Shown here: piece after piece, positions 38,326 through 48,382 of the stretch
How the letters are laid out: every line of letters begins with the position of its first letter
How positions within the stretch are numbered: position 1 is the first letter of the stretch
From: an uncultured Bacteroidales bacterium
GTDB taxonomy: Bacteria > Bacteroidota > Bacteroidia > Bacteroidales > UBA10428
DNA length: 48,382 bases
Reading direction: 5' to 3'
Assembly (NCBI GenBank): GCA_965602045.1
Contig: CBFCXR010000002.1
Coordinates: 1 to 48,382, forward strand
Translations under genes and position numbers: made by a program
The notes under the pieces: generated by a model
Seen by the model: only the letters and a program-made list of their open reading frames with translations
Databases searched by the model: none
Told to the model about the DNA's origin: nothing

Positions 38326-40194
38326 TTATATCACTATTTCAAATGGACTCACTGTATCCTTATTATATTTTTCTTTGTATGCAAGAAGCCTTTCTTTTTG
38401 ATCTTTTAATATATTTATAAAGGCTTGTGGGATATCATCTTCACCAGCATAAATTTTTTCCATTCTTTCTATCTTCTCAAGGAACTTTTGTACCCGTATT
38501 GAGAATTGTTTTTCATAAAGTTCTTTTGTATAATCTCTATTGAATATTTGCTTAAATAAGGGCTGTATATCTTCGTATTTTGGTATGTATCCTATGGCTG
38601 TCTCTATTGCATCGTATTCTCCATGCACTCTACCTTCCATCCAGATGAGCCATACTTTTTTATCCACTTTCTCACTTAAAAATTCATCATTTTCTTTAAT
38701 AAAGTAGTTTGTTGCAAATACTAAAGGTTGATTTTTTAGTTTTTTACCAAAATTTATGTGGTTTTTAATATATTTTCCTAATTGTACAACAAGGAAGTCC
38801 AGGTTAGCCATGGGACTAAACTTTCTGACACCTACTTGTCCAATAGTAGCAGCAGTGGTCTCTGACTCAATTGTTGCACCAATGTATACTCCATGTTCCC
38901 AACTTAAGCTCTGGAACACAGGTACAGATGTGTCAGAATCGCGGCCACCATAAATTACACCACTTATCGGAACACCATCCGGATTATGAAGGTTTGGATC
39001 AGCATTTGATAATTCATTTATTCTTACCGTATATCTTGCATTCTTATGAGCATGCTCTATTGCCTTACCATCCTTATCCTTGTCACCAAGTTTCCAGTTC
39101 TCACCATAATGGTTCATGCCATCATCAGGAAGTTCTTTGCCCATATTTAACCAGTATGGTTTACCGTCATTTATTAAAATATTAGAAAAAATAAGTTCCC
39201 TTGGAGTAGTAAGTACTTCATAAATAAATGGATCATCTTTTGGATTAACATCAGTAATGATACCAAATATTCCCTGCTCAATATTTACAGCATGACATGT
39301 TCCATCATCCCATTCTCTTATGTATGCAATATCATCCCCAACAATTGTCTGCCCGGGAACCATAGCAGTTGAAGTTTTACCACAAGCACTTGGAAATGCA
39401 CCGGTAAAATATGATATTCTGTTTTTACCTTCCGGTTTAATACCCATGATAAACATATGTTCCGTTAACCAGTCTTCATTATTTGCCTTGTAAATAGCTA
39501 AACGTAAAGCTAATTTTTTCAAACCAAGACTATTACCCGCATACTGATTATTTACCGTGAGGACTCTATCTTCCTTTAAGTCCATATAAATTCTTCTTTT
39601 ATCTATGTTTATTGTGTTACCCCTTTTATCCAATTCACCTGCTGAATGTACCAGATAAAAGAAATCTTCAGAACCATTTAGTTTTTTAAACTCTTCATAA
39701 CCTGATCTGTAAAGAATATCCTCACTATGACCTACATATGAAGAATCTGTTATCTGCAGAGCACAAATTGAGAACTTTGAACCTAAAGGCCCCAGACTAA
39801 AAAATCTTACTAAAGCCTCTTTTCCTGCCATCGCTCCATCCATGATTTCCAAAATCTCTTTAACTCCCTCTTCTTTAGGTTTTGTATTAATTACCTTACT
39901 CATCTTCAGATCCGGTGTAACTAATACACTGGTGTTTCCCTTATCCCGTGCCTGGTCATAATAGCTATCATAATGAATTGTATGGCCCTCCATAGCAAGT
40001 TTTCTTTCTTCACCACTTCTTAAAGCTAATTCTCTTACATAATCAATGTCTTCCTGAGAATCAGTGATAACTGTAACTTTAGAAGGCTTTAATAAATCCG
40101 TAAATTCTTCAACAATTTCTAAAACCTTAGGATTATTCAGGTACTCTAATTTTTTTAGGTCATCCTGACTTAAAGTGCTTTGATTTATTTTCAT
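38326..40194 (-). CDS. pckG: Phosphoenolpyruvate carboxykinase (GTP-dependent)
   Basis: 622 aa. GTP-PEPCK P-loop GAFPSACGKTS, and overall length and pattern of the GTP-type enzyme. Confidence 0.9.
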   Translation of the reverse strand: MKINQSTLSQDDLKKLEYLNNPKVLEIVEEFTDLLKPSKVTVITDSQEDIDYVRELALRSGEERKLAMEGHTIHYDSYYDQARDKGNTSVLVTPDLKMSKVINTKPKEEGVKEILEIMDGAMAGKEALVRFFSLGPLGSKFSICALQITDSSYVGHSEDILYRSGYEEFKKLNGSEDFFYLVHSAGELDKRGNTINIDKRRIYMDLKEDRVLTVNNQYAGNSLGLKKLALRLAIYKANNEDWLTEHMFIMGIKPEGKNRISYFTGAFPSACGKTSTAMVPGQTIVGDDIAYIREWDDGTCHAVNIEQGIFGIITDVNPKDDPFIYEVLTTPRELIFSNILINDGKPYWLNMGKELPDDGMNHYGENWKLGDKDKDGKAIEHAHKNARYTVRINELSNADPNLHNPDGVPISGVIYGGRDSDTSVPVFQSLSWEHGVYIGATIESETTAATIGQVGVRKFSPMANLDFLVVQLGKYIKNHINFGKKLKNQPLVFATNYFIKENDEFLSEKVDKKVWLIWMEGRVHGEYDAIETAIGYIPKYEDIQPLFKQIFNRDYTKELYEKQFSIRVQKFLEKIERMEKIYAGEDDIPQAFINILKDQKERLLAYKEKYNKDTVSPFEIVI

Positions 40195-40567
40195 ATTTTT
40201 CTTCTTATTTTATAATATATTAACATTATTCTTTTCACTTTCCGGCTTCTTTATTATTAACAACTTCTTTAATAATATAACTTCCTTAGATGTTATGTGA
40301 AATGTTTTGATGTTTGTAAATTAAGTCTGATACACTTTTCTGCAACTCAAGGATATTTATATTTGTTCTTAAAATTATATATTGAAAATTTATTTGCAAA
40401 AAAATTATACTTATTTCTAAAACATGTTTTTTAACATATTATTTACCTTTTAAAGATAATAATATCTTGAATTGAAATGGTATAATATATTAAATAATTT
40501 ATAATTTGAGAAAATATTATTTAAATATATATTAGATCAAAATTACTGATTATTTATTTTATAAAAA

Positions 40568-42517
40568 ATGTCCAGGCTAAGTGTAATTGATTTAATTGTA
40601 ATTGCAGGATTTTTTTTAATCATCTTTGCTATAGCTGCTTATTATTCACGAAAAGCAGGAAAGGATACAAGTCAGTTTTTTTTATCGGGGCGGAATTTAC
40701 CATGGTATTTAGCAGGTACGGCAATGGTAGCCACTACTTTTGCTGCTGATACACCACTTGCTGTAACAGAACTTGTTGCAAAAAATGGAATTGCAGGTAA
40801 TTGGTTATGGTGGAACCTCGCTATTGGCGGTTTGCTAACAGTATTTTTCTTTGCCAGGCTATGGAGAAGATCCGGGATAATGACTGACCTGGAATTCATT
40901 GAAATAAGGTATTCAGGTATTGAAGCAGCTATCCTTAGAGGATTCAGGGCAATATACCTGGGATTATTTTTAAATGTAATAGTTATTGGATGGGTGCATA
41001 AAGCAATGGAAAAAATATTTCTTATTACATTACCGGAATTTGATCCATTTATGCTTGTTACTGTGCTGGCCTTAATTATAGCCATTTATGCTTCAGCCTC
41101 GGGATTGCTCGGAACAGTTAGAACTGATAGTTTTCAATTTGTTTTTGCTATGTCTGGCTGCATAATATTAGCCGTTATAGTTGTTAAGTTGCCTCAGATA
41201 ACAAATCTTAAAACTTTATCTGACAGGTTATCTCCTGAAATATTAAGTTTTTTTCCGAAAGTCGGTAAAATATCAGTCAGGGGAATAACCGGAGGTGCTC
41301 TTTCCTTAACTACGGGTGCTTTTCTTGCTTATATTGGCATACAGTGGTGGTCGAGCTGGTATCCCGGTTCTGATCCGGGTGGGGGAGGATATGTGGCACA
41401 ACGTATGCTTTCTGCAAAGGATGAAAAGCATAGTATGCTTGCTACGCTTTGGTTTAATATTGCACATTATACAATACGGCCGTGGCCATGGATAATTGTT
41501 GCTTTAGCAGCCCTGGTAATTTTACCCAGGTCACAGAATAAAGATATTTTAAAAAAGGAAAATCCGGAAATGTTTAACAAAGTTGAAGAGATATATTTAA
41601 ACGGTGGAATTAACAAAAATGGAACAACTCTTGCCAGCAATAAAGCATTTATGGATTTCTATGAAAAATATGAAAATACAGTTGATCCCGGGGTGATGTA
41701 TCCTAAGCTGATGGTAAGATATTTGCCGGCCGGACTGCTTGGTTTATTAATTGCAGTTTTTATGGCTGCTTACATGTCGACTATAGCTTCACAGTTAAAC
41801 TGGGGAACTTCATATTTGATAAATGATTTTTATAAAAGATTTATTAGCAAATCAAAAAGTGAAATCCATTATATTATTATCTCCAGGATATGCATAGTAT
41901 TGTTGGTATTAATTTCATTATTAGTATCAAAATACTTTTTAACTACTATTTCCGGTGCATGGATTTTTATATTGAATGTAAGTGCCGGATTAGGGGCTGT
42001 TTTAATACTAAGGTGGTACTGGTGGAGAATTAATGCCTGGTCCGAAATATCTGCGATGTTAGCACCAATTATACTTTATCCCTTATCCGGCAATGGCATA
42101 AATATCAAAATTGAGATTTTTTCTTTTGTTTTACCTTTAAATATTAAAGGACTGGGACTTGAATCACCTTTAACGTTATTTCCAATTGTTATTGGCACAA
42201 CAATAATTTGGATTATAGTTACTTATATCACAAAACCTGTAGACAAAAATACTCTTATATCTTTTTACAGGAAAGTTCATCCTGGCGGTATCGGCTGGAA
42301 TAGAATCAGCAAAGAAATCAAATTAGCAAAAGCTGATACGGGATTTGGTAAACTTTTTGTTAACTGGATTTGTGGTGTTGGAGCAATATATTCAACAATG
42401 TATGGAATAGGTAAAATTCTATTTTCAGAATACCTATATGGTATTATTGCTTTATTTATTGCATTTGGCTTATCTTATGTAATTCATCTGAATTTAAGAA
42501 ACATTAAAGACAGCTAA
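40568..42517 (+). CDS. Sodium:solute symporter (SSS) family transporter
   Basis: 649 aa polytopic membrane protein. The N-terminal SQFFLSGRNLPWYLAG...ATTFAADTPL pattern is typical of the SSS family. Substrate cannot be inferred. Confidence 0.8.
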   Translation: MSRLSVIDLIVIAGFFLIIFAIAAYYSRKAGKDTSQFFLSGRNLPWYLAGTAMVATTFAADTPLAVTELVAKNGIAGNWLWWNLAIGGLLTVFFFARLWRRSGIMTDLEFIEIRYSGIEAAILRGFRAIYLGLFLNVIVIGWVHKAMEKIFLITLPEFDPFMLVTVLALIIAIYASASGLLGTVRTDSFQFVFAMSGCIILAVIVVKLPQITNLKTLSDRLSPEILSFFPKVGKISVRGITGGALSLTTGAFLAYIGIQWWSSWYPGSDPGGGGYVAQRMLSAKDEKHSMLATLWFNIAHYTIRPWPWIIVALAALVILPRSQNKDILKKENPEMFNKVEEIYLNGGINKNGTTLASNKAFMDFYEKYENTVDPGVMYPKLMVRYLPAGLLGLLIAVFMAAYMSTIASQLNWGTSYLINDFYKRFISKSKSEIHYIIISRICIVLLVLISLLVSKYFLTTISGAWIFILNVSAGLGAVLILRWYWWRINAWSEISAMLAPIILYPLSGNGINIKIEIFSFVLPLNIKGLGLESPLTLFPIVIGTTIIWIIVTYITKPVDKNTLISFYRKVHPGGIGWNRISKEIKLAKADTGFGKLFVNWICGVGAIYSTMYGIGKILFSEYLYGIIALFIAFGLSYVIHLNLRNIKDS

Positions 42518-42568
42518 ATCCAATTAGATTATCATGTATTAGAGATATGTAACTTTAATGGAAACCTG

Positions 42569-45298
42569 CTATTTTTCGTCTTTCAGGGCAGCCTGCGCTG
42601 CAGCTAATCTGGCAATAGGAACCCTGAATGGTGAACAACTTACATAATTCATGCCTGCTCTATGGCAGAATTCGACTGAACTTGGTTCTCCCCCATGTTC
42701 GCCACATATACCGATTTTTAAATTTGCTCTTGTACTACGGCCTTTTTTAACACCCATATCTATGAGTTGTCCCACACCTGTTTGATCTAAAATCTGAAAC
42801 GGGTCATTCCTTAGAATACCTTTATTAATATATATTGGCAGGAATTTACCCACGTCATCTCTTGAGTAGCCGAATGTCATTTGAGTGAGGTCGTTTGTGC
42901 CAAAGGAGAAGAATTCAGCGAATTCAGCTATTTTATCGGCAATTAGGGTTGCACGTGGAATTTCAATCATAGTACCTACCAGGTATTCTATCGTATCTCC
43001 TTTTTCTTTAAATACTGTTTTTGCAACTGATCTTATTATTTCTTCCTGCATTTTAAATTCTTTCACTGTTCCTACAAGAGGAACCATAATTTCAGGAATT
43101 GCTTTTATTCCTTTTGATTTCAGATTTAAAGCTGCTTCAATAATTGCTCTTGCCTGCATTTCAGTAATTTCAGGATATGTAATTCCCAGCCTGCATCCTC
43201 TGTGACCGAGCATAGGATTAAATTCAGAAAGTTCAGCTACCTTTTGTTTGATGTAGTCAACAGATACTCCCATTTCATTTGCCATTTCCTTTTGGCTGGA
43301 TTTTTCGTGCGGCACAAATTCATGTAATGGAGGATCAAGTAATCGAATGGTTACAGGCAAGTCTTGCATAGCTTCAAATATGCCTTCGAAATCTGTCCTT
43401 TGTATTGGCAATAATTTGTCTAATGCTTTTCTTCTCCCTTCCTCATTTTCAGCAAGAATCATTTCCCGCATAGCAATAATTCTGTCACCTTCAAAGAACA
43501 TATGCTCTGTTCGGCAAAGTCCTATACCCTGGGCACCAAAATTCCTTGCAATTTTTGAGTCATGAGGTGTATCAGCATTTGTTCTTACACCTAGCTTCCT
43601 GTATTTATATGCCAGTTTCATAATATTACCGAAATCTCCGCTTAATTCAGGGTCAATGGTTGCTATTTGCCCTTCATATACTTCTCCGGTTGAACCATTA
43701 AGTGATAACCAGTCTCCTTCATTAAACACTATATTATCAATTCTCATTTGCCGGTTTTTATAATCTATACTTATACTACCTGCACCTGATATACAACACT
43801 TACCCATTCCTCTTGCCACAACAGCAGCATGGGATGTCATACCTCCGCGTGCAGTTAATATTCCATTTGCAGCATTCATGCCGGTAAGGTCTTCAGGAGA
43901 TGTTTCGATTCTCACCAGCAGAACTTCTTTTCCTTCTCCTGCCCATTTTTCAGCTTCATCAGCAAAAAACACTATCTGACCTGTTGCTGCTCCAGGAGAA
44001 GCAGGCAAGCCCTTTGCCAGAACATTAGCTTTAGATATGGCTTTCTTGTCAAAGACAGGATGTAATAATTCATCTAATTTATTGGGCTCTAGTCTTAATA
44101 TAGCTGTTTTTTCATCGATATCACCACTTCTTAACAAGTCCATTGCAATCTTGACCATCGATGCAGCAGTTCTTTTTCCATTTCTTGTTTGCAGCAACCA
44201 TAGTTTGTGATCCTGTATGGTAAATTCCAGGTCCTGCATATCTTTATAATGCTTTTCAAGTTTTTCCTGAGTTGCATCAAGTTCTTTATATACATCAGGC
44301 ATTATTTCTTCAAGTGAAGGGTATACTGTTTTTCTCTCTTCTTCAGCAATTCCTGCTAATTTTGCCCATCGTATAGAACCTTCTCTGGTTATTTGTTGAG
44401 GGGTTCTGATACCTGCCACAACATCCTCACCCTGCGCGTTAATAAGGTATTCACCATTAAAAAGATTTTCACCAGTAGCAGCATCTCTGGTGAAGGCAAC
44501 ACCTGTACCTGATCTATCACCCATATTACCAAATACCATCGCCTGCACATTAACTGCAGTTCCCCAATCTTTGGGAATCTGATTCAACTGGCGATAAACA
44601 ATAGCTCTTTCATTCATCCAGCTATCAAATACTGCACAAACAGATCCCCATAACTGTTCCCACGGATCTGTCGGGAAATCTTTGCCAGTAACATCCTTAA
44701 CAGCTTTTTTAAACCTTAACACCAGAACTTTAAGGTCTTCCGTTGTAAGATCAGTATCATTTTCTATACCTTTTGAATTCTTAACATTTTCAATTATTTT
44801 TTCAAACGGATCAACATCTTCCTTTGAAGCGGGTTTCATTCCTAAAACTACATCACCATACATCTGAACAAATCTTCTGTATGAATCCCATGCAAATCTT
44901 TTATTATTGGTCTTCCTGGCAATTCCAACAACTGCATCATCATTTAATCCCAGATTCAGTACTGTATCCATCATCCCAGGCATGGAAACTCTTGAACCGG
45001 ATCGTACGGAAACCAATAAAGGATCATCTTTATCCCCAAACTTACTTCCCATAATGTTTTCCACATTTATCATTGCCTGTTTAACCTTTTCTTCAAGAAG
45101 CTCAATTACCTTATTTTTACCTAATTTATTGTATTCAGTACATACATCAGTTGTTATGGTGAAACCCGGAGGAACAGGAACGCCAATAAGATTCATTTCT
45201 GCAAGATTTGCTCCTTTGCCCCCAAGTAAATTTTTCATTTCTGCTTTTCCTTCAGCTTTCTTATCACCAAATGTGTATACACGTTTTTCTTTAGACAT
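42569..45298 (-). CDS. ppdK: Pyruvate, phosphate dikinase
   Basis: 909 aa. Phospho-His motif GGMTSHAAVVARGMG, PEP-utilising TIM-barrel motifs GTNDLTQ and ICGEHGG. Confidence 0.95.
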   Translation of the reverse strand: MSKEKRVYTFGDKKAEGKAEMKNLLGGKGANLAEMNLIGVPVPPGFTITTDVCTEYNKLGKNKVIELLEEKVKQAMINVENIMGSKFGDKDDPLLVSVRSGSRVSMPGMMDTVLNLGLNDDAVVGIARKTNNKRFAWDSYRRFVQMYGDVVLGMKPASKEDVDPFEKIIENVKNSKGIENDTDLTTEDLKVLVLRFKKAVKDVTGKDFPTDPWEQLWGSVCAVFDSWMNERAIVYRQLNQIPKDWGTAVNVQAMVFGNMGDRSGTGVAFTRDAATGENLFNGEYLINAQGEDVVAGIRTPQQITREGSIRWAKLAGIAEEERKTVYPSLEEIMPDVYKELDATQEKLEKHYKDMQDLEFTIQDHKLWLLQTRNGKRTAASMVKIAMDLLRSGDIDEKTAILRLEPNKLDELLHPVFDKKAISKANVLAKGLPASPGAATGQIVFFADEAEKWAGEGKEVLLVRIETSPEDLTGMNAANGILTARGGMTSHAAVVARGMGKCCISGAGSISIDYKNRQMRIDNIVFNEGDWLSLNGSTGEVYEGQIATIDPELSGDFGNIMKLAYKYRKLGVRTNADTPHDSKIARNFGAQGIGLCRTEHMFFEGDRIIAMREMILAENEEGRRKALDKLLPIQRTDFEGIFEAMQDLPVTIRLLDPPLHEFVPHEKSSQKEMANEMGVSVDYIKQKVAELSEFNPMLGHRGCRLGITYPEITEMQARAIIEAALNLKSKGIKAIPEIMVPLVGTVKEFKMQEEIIRSVAKTVFKEKGDTIEYLVGTMIEIPRATLIADKIAEFAEFFSFGTNDLTQMTFGYSRDDVGKFLPIYINKGILRNDPFQILDQTGVGQLIDMGVKKGRSTRANLKIGICGEHGGEPSSVEFCHRAGMNYVSCSPFRVPIARLAAAQAALKDEK

Positions 45299-45448
45299 TT
45301 TTATCTTATTTTAATTTATATTGTTAAATTATTTTAAACCTTATTTTAAAAGTCCACAAAGGTATTTAAAAAAAATAAATCTCTACGGGTTTCAGCAATG
45401 TTTATATTTGCAAATCCCGGTAGTTCTAAGAATAACTTTAATAAGAAG

Positions 45449-48382
45449 CTATTTAAGCATATATTTTCTGACAATATTACTATTGCCATCAGTTATTTTA
45501 ATTAAGTAAAGACCTGGAGGATAGGCAGAGATATCTACAGACATTTTATTTATCCCGGTTTGTATATTTATGCTTTTAATGATATTACCAATACTATTGG
45601 TTATTACCAGTGATACAAAAGAATGATTACCTGATTTAAAATCGATATTAATAATTCCCATGCCAGGATTGGGGAAAATGTCAGTGTCATAAAATTTAAT
45701 TTGATCATTATTACTTATTATTGAACTACTATAGAGACATTTCCAACCTTCAGCCACAATTGAATTATCTGTTTTAAATTTAATAATTAATGAATTTCCT
45801 GATGACGTTAACAGATTATTGTGTCCTTCTCCTGTAAGTATATCAAGTATGCTTGCGTCCGTAGAATTACCATCATATATTATTACCGAATCATTGCCGT
45901 TGTCAAGGGCAAAATCAGTAAACTGTAAACTGATATTTCTATTCTGAGGCATTTGTACCAGCCACAGACAATTCGAATTATTACCGTAATTCAGGCTATC
46001 ACTTCCATCGGAAATTATACCTGAATGCTCAGTTATCACAGAAAGTTCCTGGCAGTAACATATTTTCTTTTCAATTCTATAACAAGCTTCCCATCCATCG
46101 CCTGTTAAGCTTTCGTCAGAATAAAATTCAATAAACATGGCTTTTCCGGAAGATTTGACCGAGAAAGTACTTAATTGGCCGGAGTATATCCCAATCATCG
46201 GAGCCAGGCTATTAATACCGTCATAAATTAAAACATTATCAAATCCCGATTCCGTATCAAATTCAGTAAATGTTAATGTAATATTTGCTTCTTCTTCAGA
46301 GCTGATTAACCATGTGCAATACGAATTGTTAGCGTAGTAATCTTCTCCACTGCCATCGGAGATAGTATCAATGGGATTAGTCAGATTAGTAAATTCATTG
46401 CAATAACACGTATCTTCACCATTGCTTGTCAGGTCATAAACCGGCCTGATGAAAAACAGGACACTGTCGTTTAGTAGCTCCCATGATGCATCCGAACAAC
46501 TATAGGAATTATAATCCGAGAAAGTGGAATCCATGCCGATTGCCGGAGTATTAGATCCGTCCCATGTAAATCCAATTACAATTTTATTATTATAAAATTC
46601 AATTTCCTGATCTGATAAATCAATATAATTCCAACCCACATGATCGGGCTCAGCAACTACAGGTACATAATTATACCAGTGTATCATGTAGTAATAGTCA
46701 AGAATATGAAGATTTAACAATCCCAGATCACCTCCGCCTACCTCAACATCAAGATCAGTAATATAATACCAGACTCCCAGCAAATTACCATCACCGGTAA
46801 ATTTCATTCCTATGCCTGTATCTGCCAAATTAGAATAATATTGGTAATCAGGAATCCCGTCATCATAAGCATGAGTTATTGGAGAATCATTATCATATAA
46901 ACTACTAATATTATTAAAATATAATTCATAAGGATCTTCACTTATTTCCAGGGGCGTAACAACGAGATAATAAATGTTTGAAGGGAGCCCGGTTAGAAAT
47001 ATAGTATCATTAGCTGTGCTGGTATTTAAAGAAGAATCAACAGGAAGTATAATAGTATCGGTTACCGAATACAGGTAAATATTGAAATTTGCAGGTGGAG
47101 TTAATATAACAGAAGCGTCGTTAATTCCATTATAATAAAACCTGAATATATCTATATCATTGAGATTTTTTAAAATGCCTGATTGTGCGTCCGGAAAATA
47201 AACACTTGAAGCGTTGGCAAAATGATTATTAGGCTCATTCTTATCAGTAATATAATTTTCATAGAATTCCGAGAGGAAGTTAATCCACTTTGTACTATCA
47301 GGAAAATCTTTACTAAAGAGCCTGTCACCATATTCAGGGTCATAATCTTCAAACAGAGGAAAATATATTGAAAGTCCCCGTGCATAGTTATAGTAATCTG
47401 ACGCATAATTTTCTATTACTGCATCACTTATTGCATTTTTAAGGGAATCAGCCGCATCCTTTATTTTATTATCGGCAATACTTATTTCTAATAAGTCTGC
47501 AAGGCTCCATAAATCAAAATAATCATACAAATCAAAGCTTTGTGTATTTTGCCTGGCCTGACCTACTTTTTCCCAAACCGTTCCATTATCAATAATATTT
47601 ATTATTAATGTATCCAGCTTCTCTGTAATATTTCTGATTTTTTTCAGATTTATAGCTGCATTAGTTACATCTGAATATTCATAGTACTCACCATAAGTTT
47701 TAACAAGTATGCTTGATAGTGTGTCAGCTGACATATTATGATCGTTAACCAGTTCGTTAAGAAATGATTTGTAATTATAACCGTCCCATGGGACTAGATC
47801 TTCGGATGCTACCATAATTTCTGCAAGATCTCTTAACTGGTATGCCACTTCAATCATGCCCATTAAGCAGGCATCGAAAGCAATAATTTCCGGACGTATG
47901 GAACTCATGGAAATTGCTTCGCTAACTTCGTAGTTTGAGAGATAATCGTCGCTTGTATTATCGAAGCAGACATCTTTAGTAAAAGGATTATTGCAGGGTG
48001 CTTTAGTATCGCTGCTATTTTCATTTACTGATCTCCATCCTCCTCCATGGTTCCAGAATATTAAGGCATAATTGTCAGCAGGGTAATTTGATACGGACCA
48101 GTCAATAAACTCAGTTAAAGTTTCCGGATCTCCCATATTTTTTTCACCCATAATTTCAACTGGCTCAGTAGAAATTTCAGTAGAACTCGTATCAGCTAAT
48201 ACTCTGAATCTCCTTGTATCAGTCCAGTCTCCATTTGTATCATCATAACCTGCAATCCTGTCGAACTGGACAATAATATTAACAGAGTCGGTAGATCCTA
48301 CAGATTCCATTTCATTAAAATCTGTGATAGCCACATCTTCCAGATTATTATCCGCATCAAGGTAAACCATTATTGTCCACTT
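45449..48382 (-). CDS. Clostripain-family (C11) cysteine peptidase with PPC domain, two CUB-like domains and a T9SS type-A C-terminal sorting domain. The N-terminus runs off the right window edge.
   Basis: The frame stays open upstream of the track's ATG 48370 (KWTIMVYLDADNNLE is the C11 N-terminal motif). His context IFWNHGGGW and Cys context AFDACLMG. PPC-like NEPNN...DIDIFRF...IYYLVV. Two units of about 110 aa follow the CUB pattern. The last 80 aa or so (IFPNPGMG...LYLIKITDGNSNIVRKYMLK) resemble a Por secretion tail. Confidence 0.85.
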   Translation of the reverse strand, partial: KWTIMVYLDADNNLEDVAITDFNEMESVGSTDSVNIIVQFDRIAGYDDTNGDWTDTRRFRVLADTSSTEISTEPVEIMGEKNMGDPETLTEFIDWSVSNYPADNYALIFWNHGGGWRSVNENSSDTKAPCNNPFTKDVCFDNTSDDYLSNYEVSEAISMSSIRPEIIAFDACLMGMIEVAYQLRDLAEIMVASEDLVPWDGYNYKSFLNELVNDHNMSADTLSSILVKTYGEYYEYSDVTNAAINLKKIRNITEKLDTLIINIIDNGTVWEKVGQARQNTQSFDLYDYFDLWSLADLLEISIADNKIKDAADSLKNAISDAVIENYASDYYNYARGLSIYFPLFEDYDPEYGDRLFSKDFPDSTKWINFLSEFYENYITDKNEPNNHFANASSVYFPDAQSGILKNLNDIDIFRFYYNGINDASVILTPPANFNIYLYSVTDTIILPVDSSLNTSTANDTIFLTGLPSNIYYLVVTPLEISEDPYELYFNNISSLYDNDSPITHAYDDGIPDYQYYSNLADTGIGMKFTGDGNLLGVWYYITDLDVEVGGGDLGLLNLHILDYYYMIHWYNYVPVVAEPDHVGWNYIDLSDQEIEFYNNKIVIGFTWDGSNTPAIGMDSTFSDYNSYSCSDASWELLNDSVLFFIRPVYDLTSNGEDTCYCNEFTNLTNPIDTISDGSGEDYYANNSYCTWLISSEEEANITLTFTEFDTESGFDNVLIYDGINSLAPMIGIYSGQLSTFSVKSSGKAMFIEFYSDESLTGDGWEACYRIEKKICYCQELSVITEHSGIISDGSDSLNYGNNSNCLWLVQMPQNRNISLQFTDFALDNGNDSVIIYDGNSTDASILDILTGEGHNNLLTSSGNSLIIKFKTDNSIVAEGWKCLYSSSIISNNDQIKFYDTDIFPNPGMGIINIDFKSGNHSFVSLVITNSIGNIIKSINIQTGINKMSVDISAYPPGLYLIKITDGNSNIVRKYMLK

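Noticed and set aside
42885-45314. Antisense or alternative-frame ORFs inside ppdK; similar ones occur inside clpB, gcvT, DUF1015, guaA, pckG, the SSS gene and others
   Set aside because: They are embedded in strongly supported long genes, carry no recognisable motifs and have typical shadow-ORF composition.
1-48382. Mobile elements, prophage, defence islands, toxin-antitoxin pairs, tRNA/rRNA genes
   Set aside because: No integrase, transposase or recombinase, no phage structural genes, no nuclease/helicase defence-type genes and no tRNA T-loop signatures were seen. Every long ORF has a housekeeping, envelope or signalling assignment.

Overview
AT-rich (roughly one-third GC by eye) chromosomal segment that looks like Bacteroidota or a close relative: T9SS-type C-terminal sorting domain, TAnnTTTG-type promoter boxes, no obvious Shine-Dalgarno use. 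It is mostly housekeeping and central-metabolism genes. These include an NfnAB-like pair plus a DHOD-like gene, a gcvT/comB-like/serC/serA/DUF1015 cluster, clpB, guaA, rnz, rpsA, plsY, GTP-PEPCK, a Na+/solute symporter and ppdK. Two large secreted proteins are cut by the window edges.

The main item missing from the supplied ORF track is a giant minus-strand ORF filling 1..6757. It has no stop codon inside the window, so the track skipped it. It encodes at least 2252 aa and contains eight in-frame tandem repeats of exactly 399 bp (133 aa) that I cannot assign to a named domain family.

The second point of interest is a scattered set of partner-switching parts with no phosphatase, diguanylate cyclase or sigma factor in the window. 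It comprises a SiaB-like kinase with an adjacent SiaC-like DUF1987 protein, a second DUF1987 paralog across an S41 protease, two single-domain STAS proteins that keep the DSSG phospho-serine motif, and an Hpt protein. The SiaB/SiaC pair lies convergent to a large fused ABC transporter.

I found no CRISPR array, tRNA or rRNA gene, transposase, integrase, prophage or recognisable defence system. All calls come from reading the sequence and translations by eye; no searches were run.
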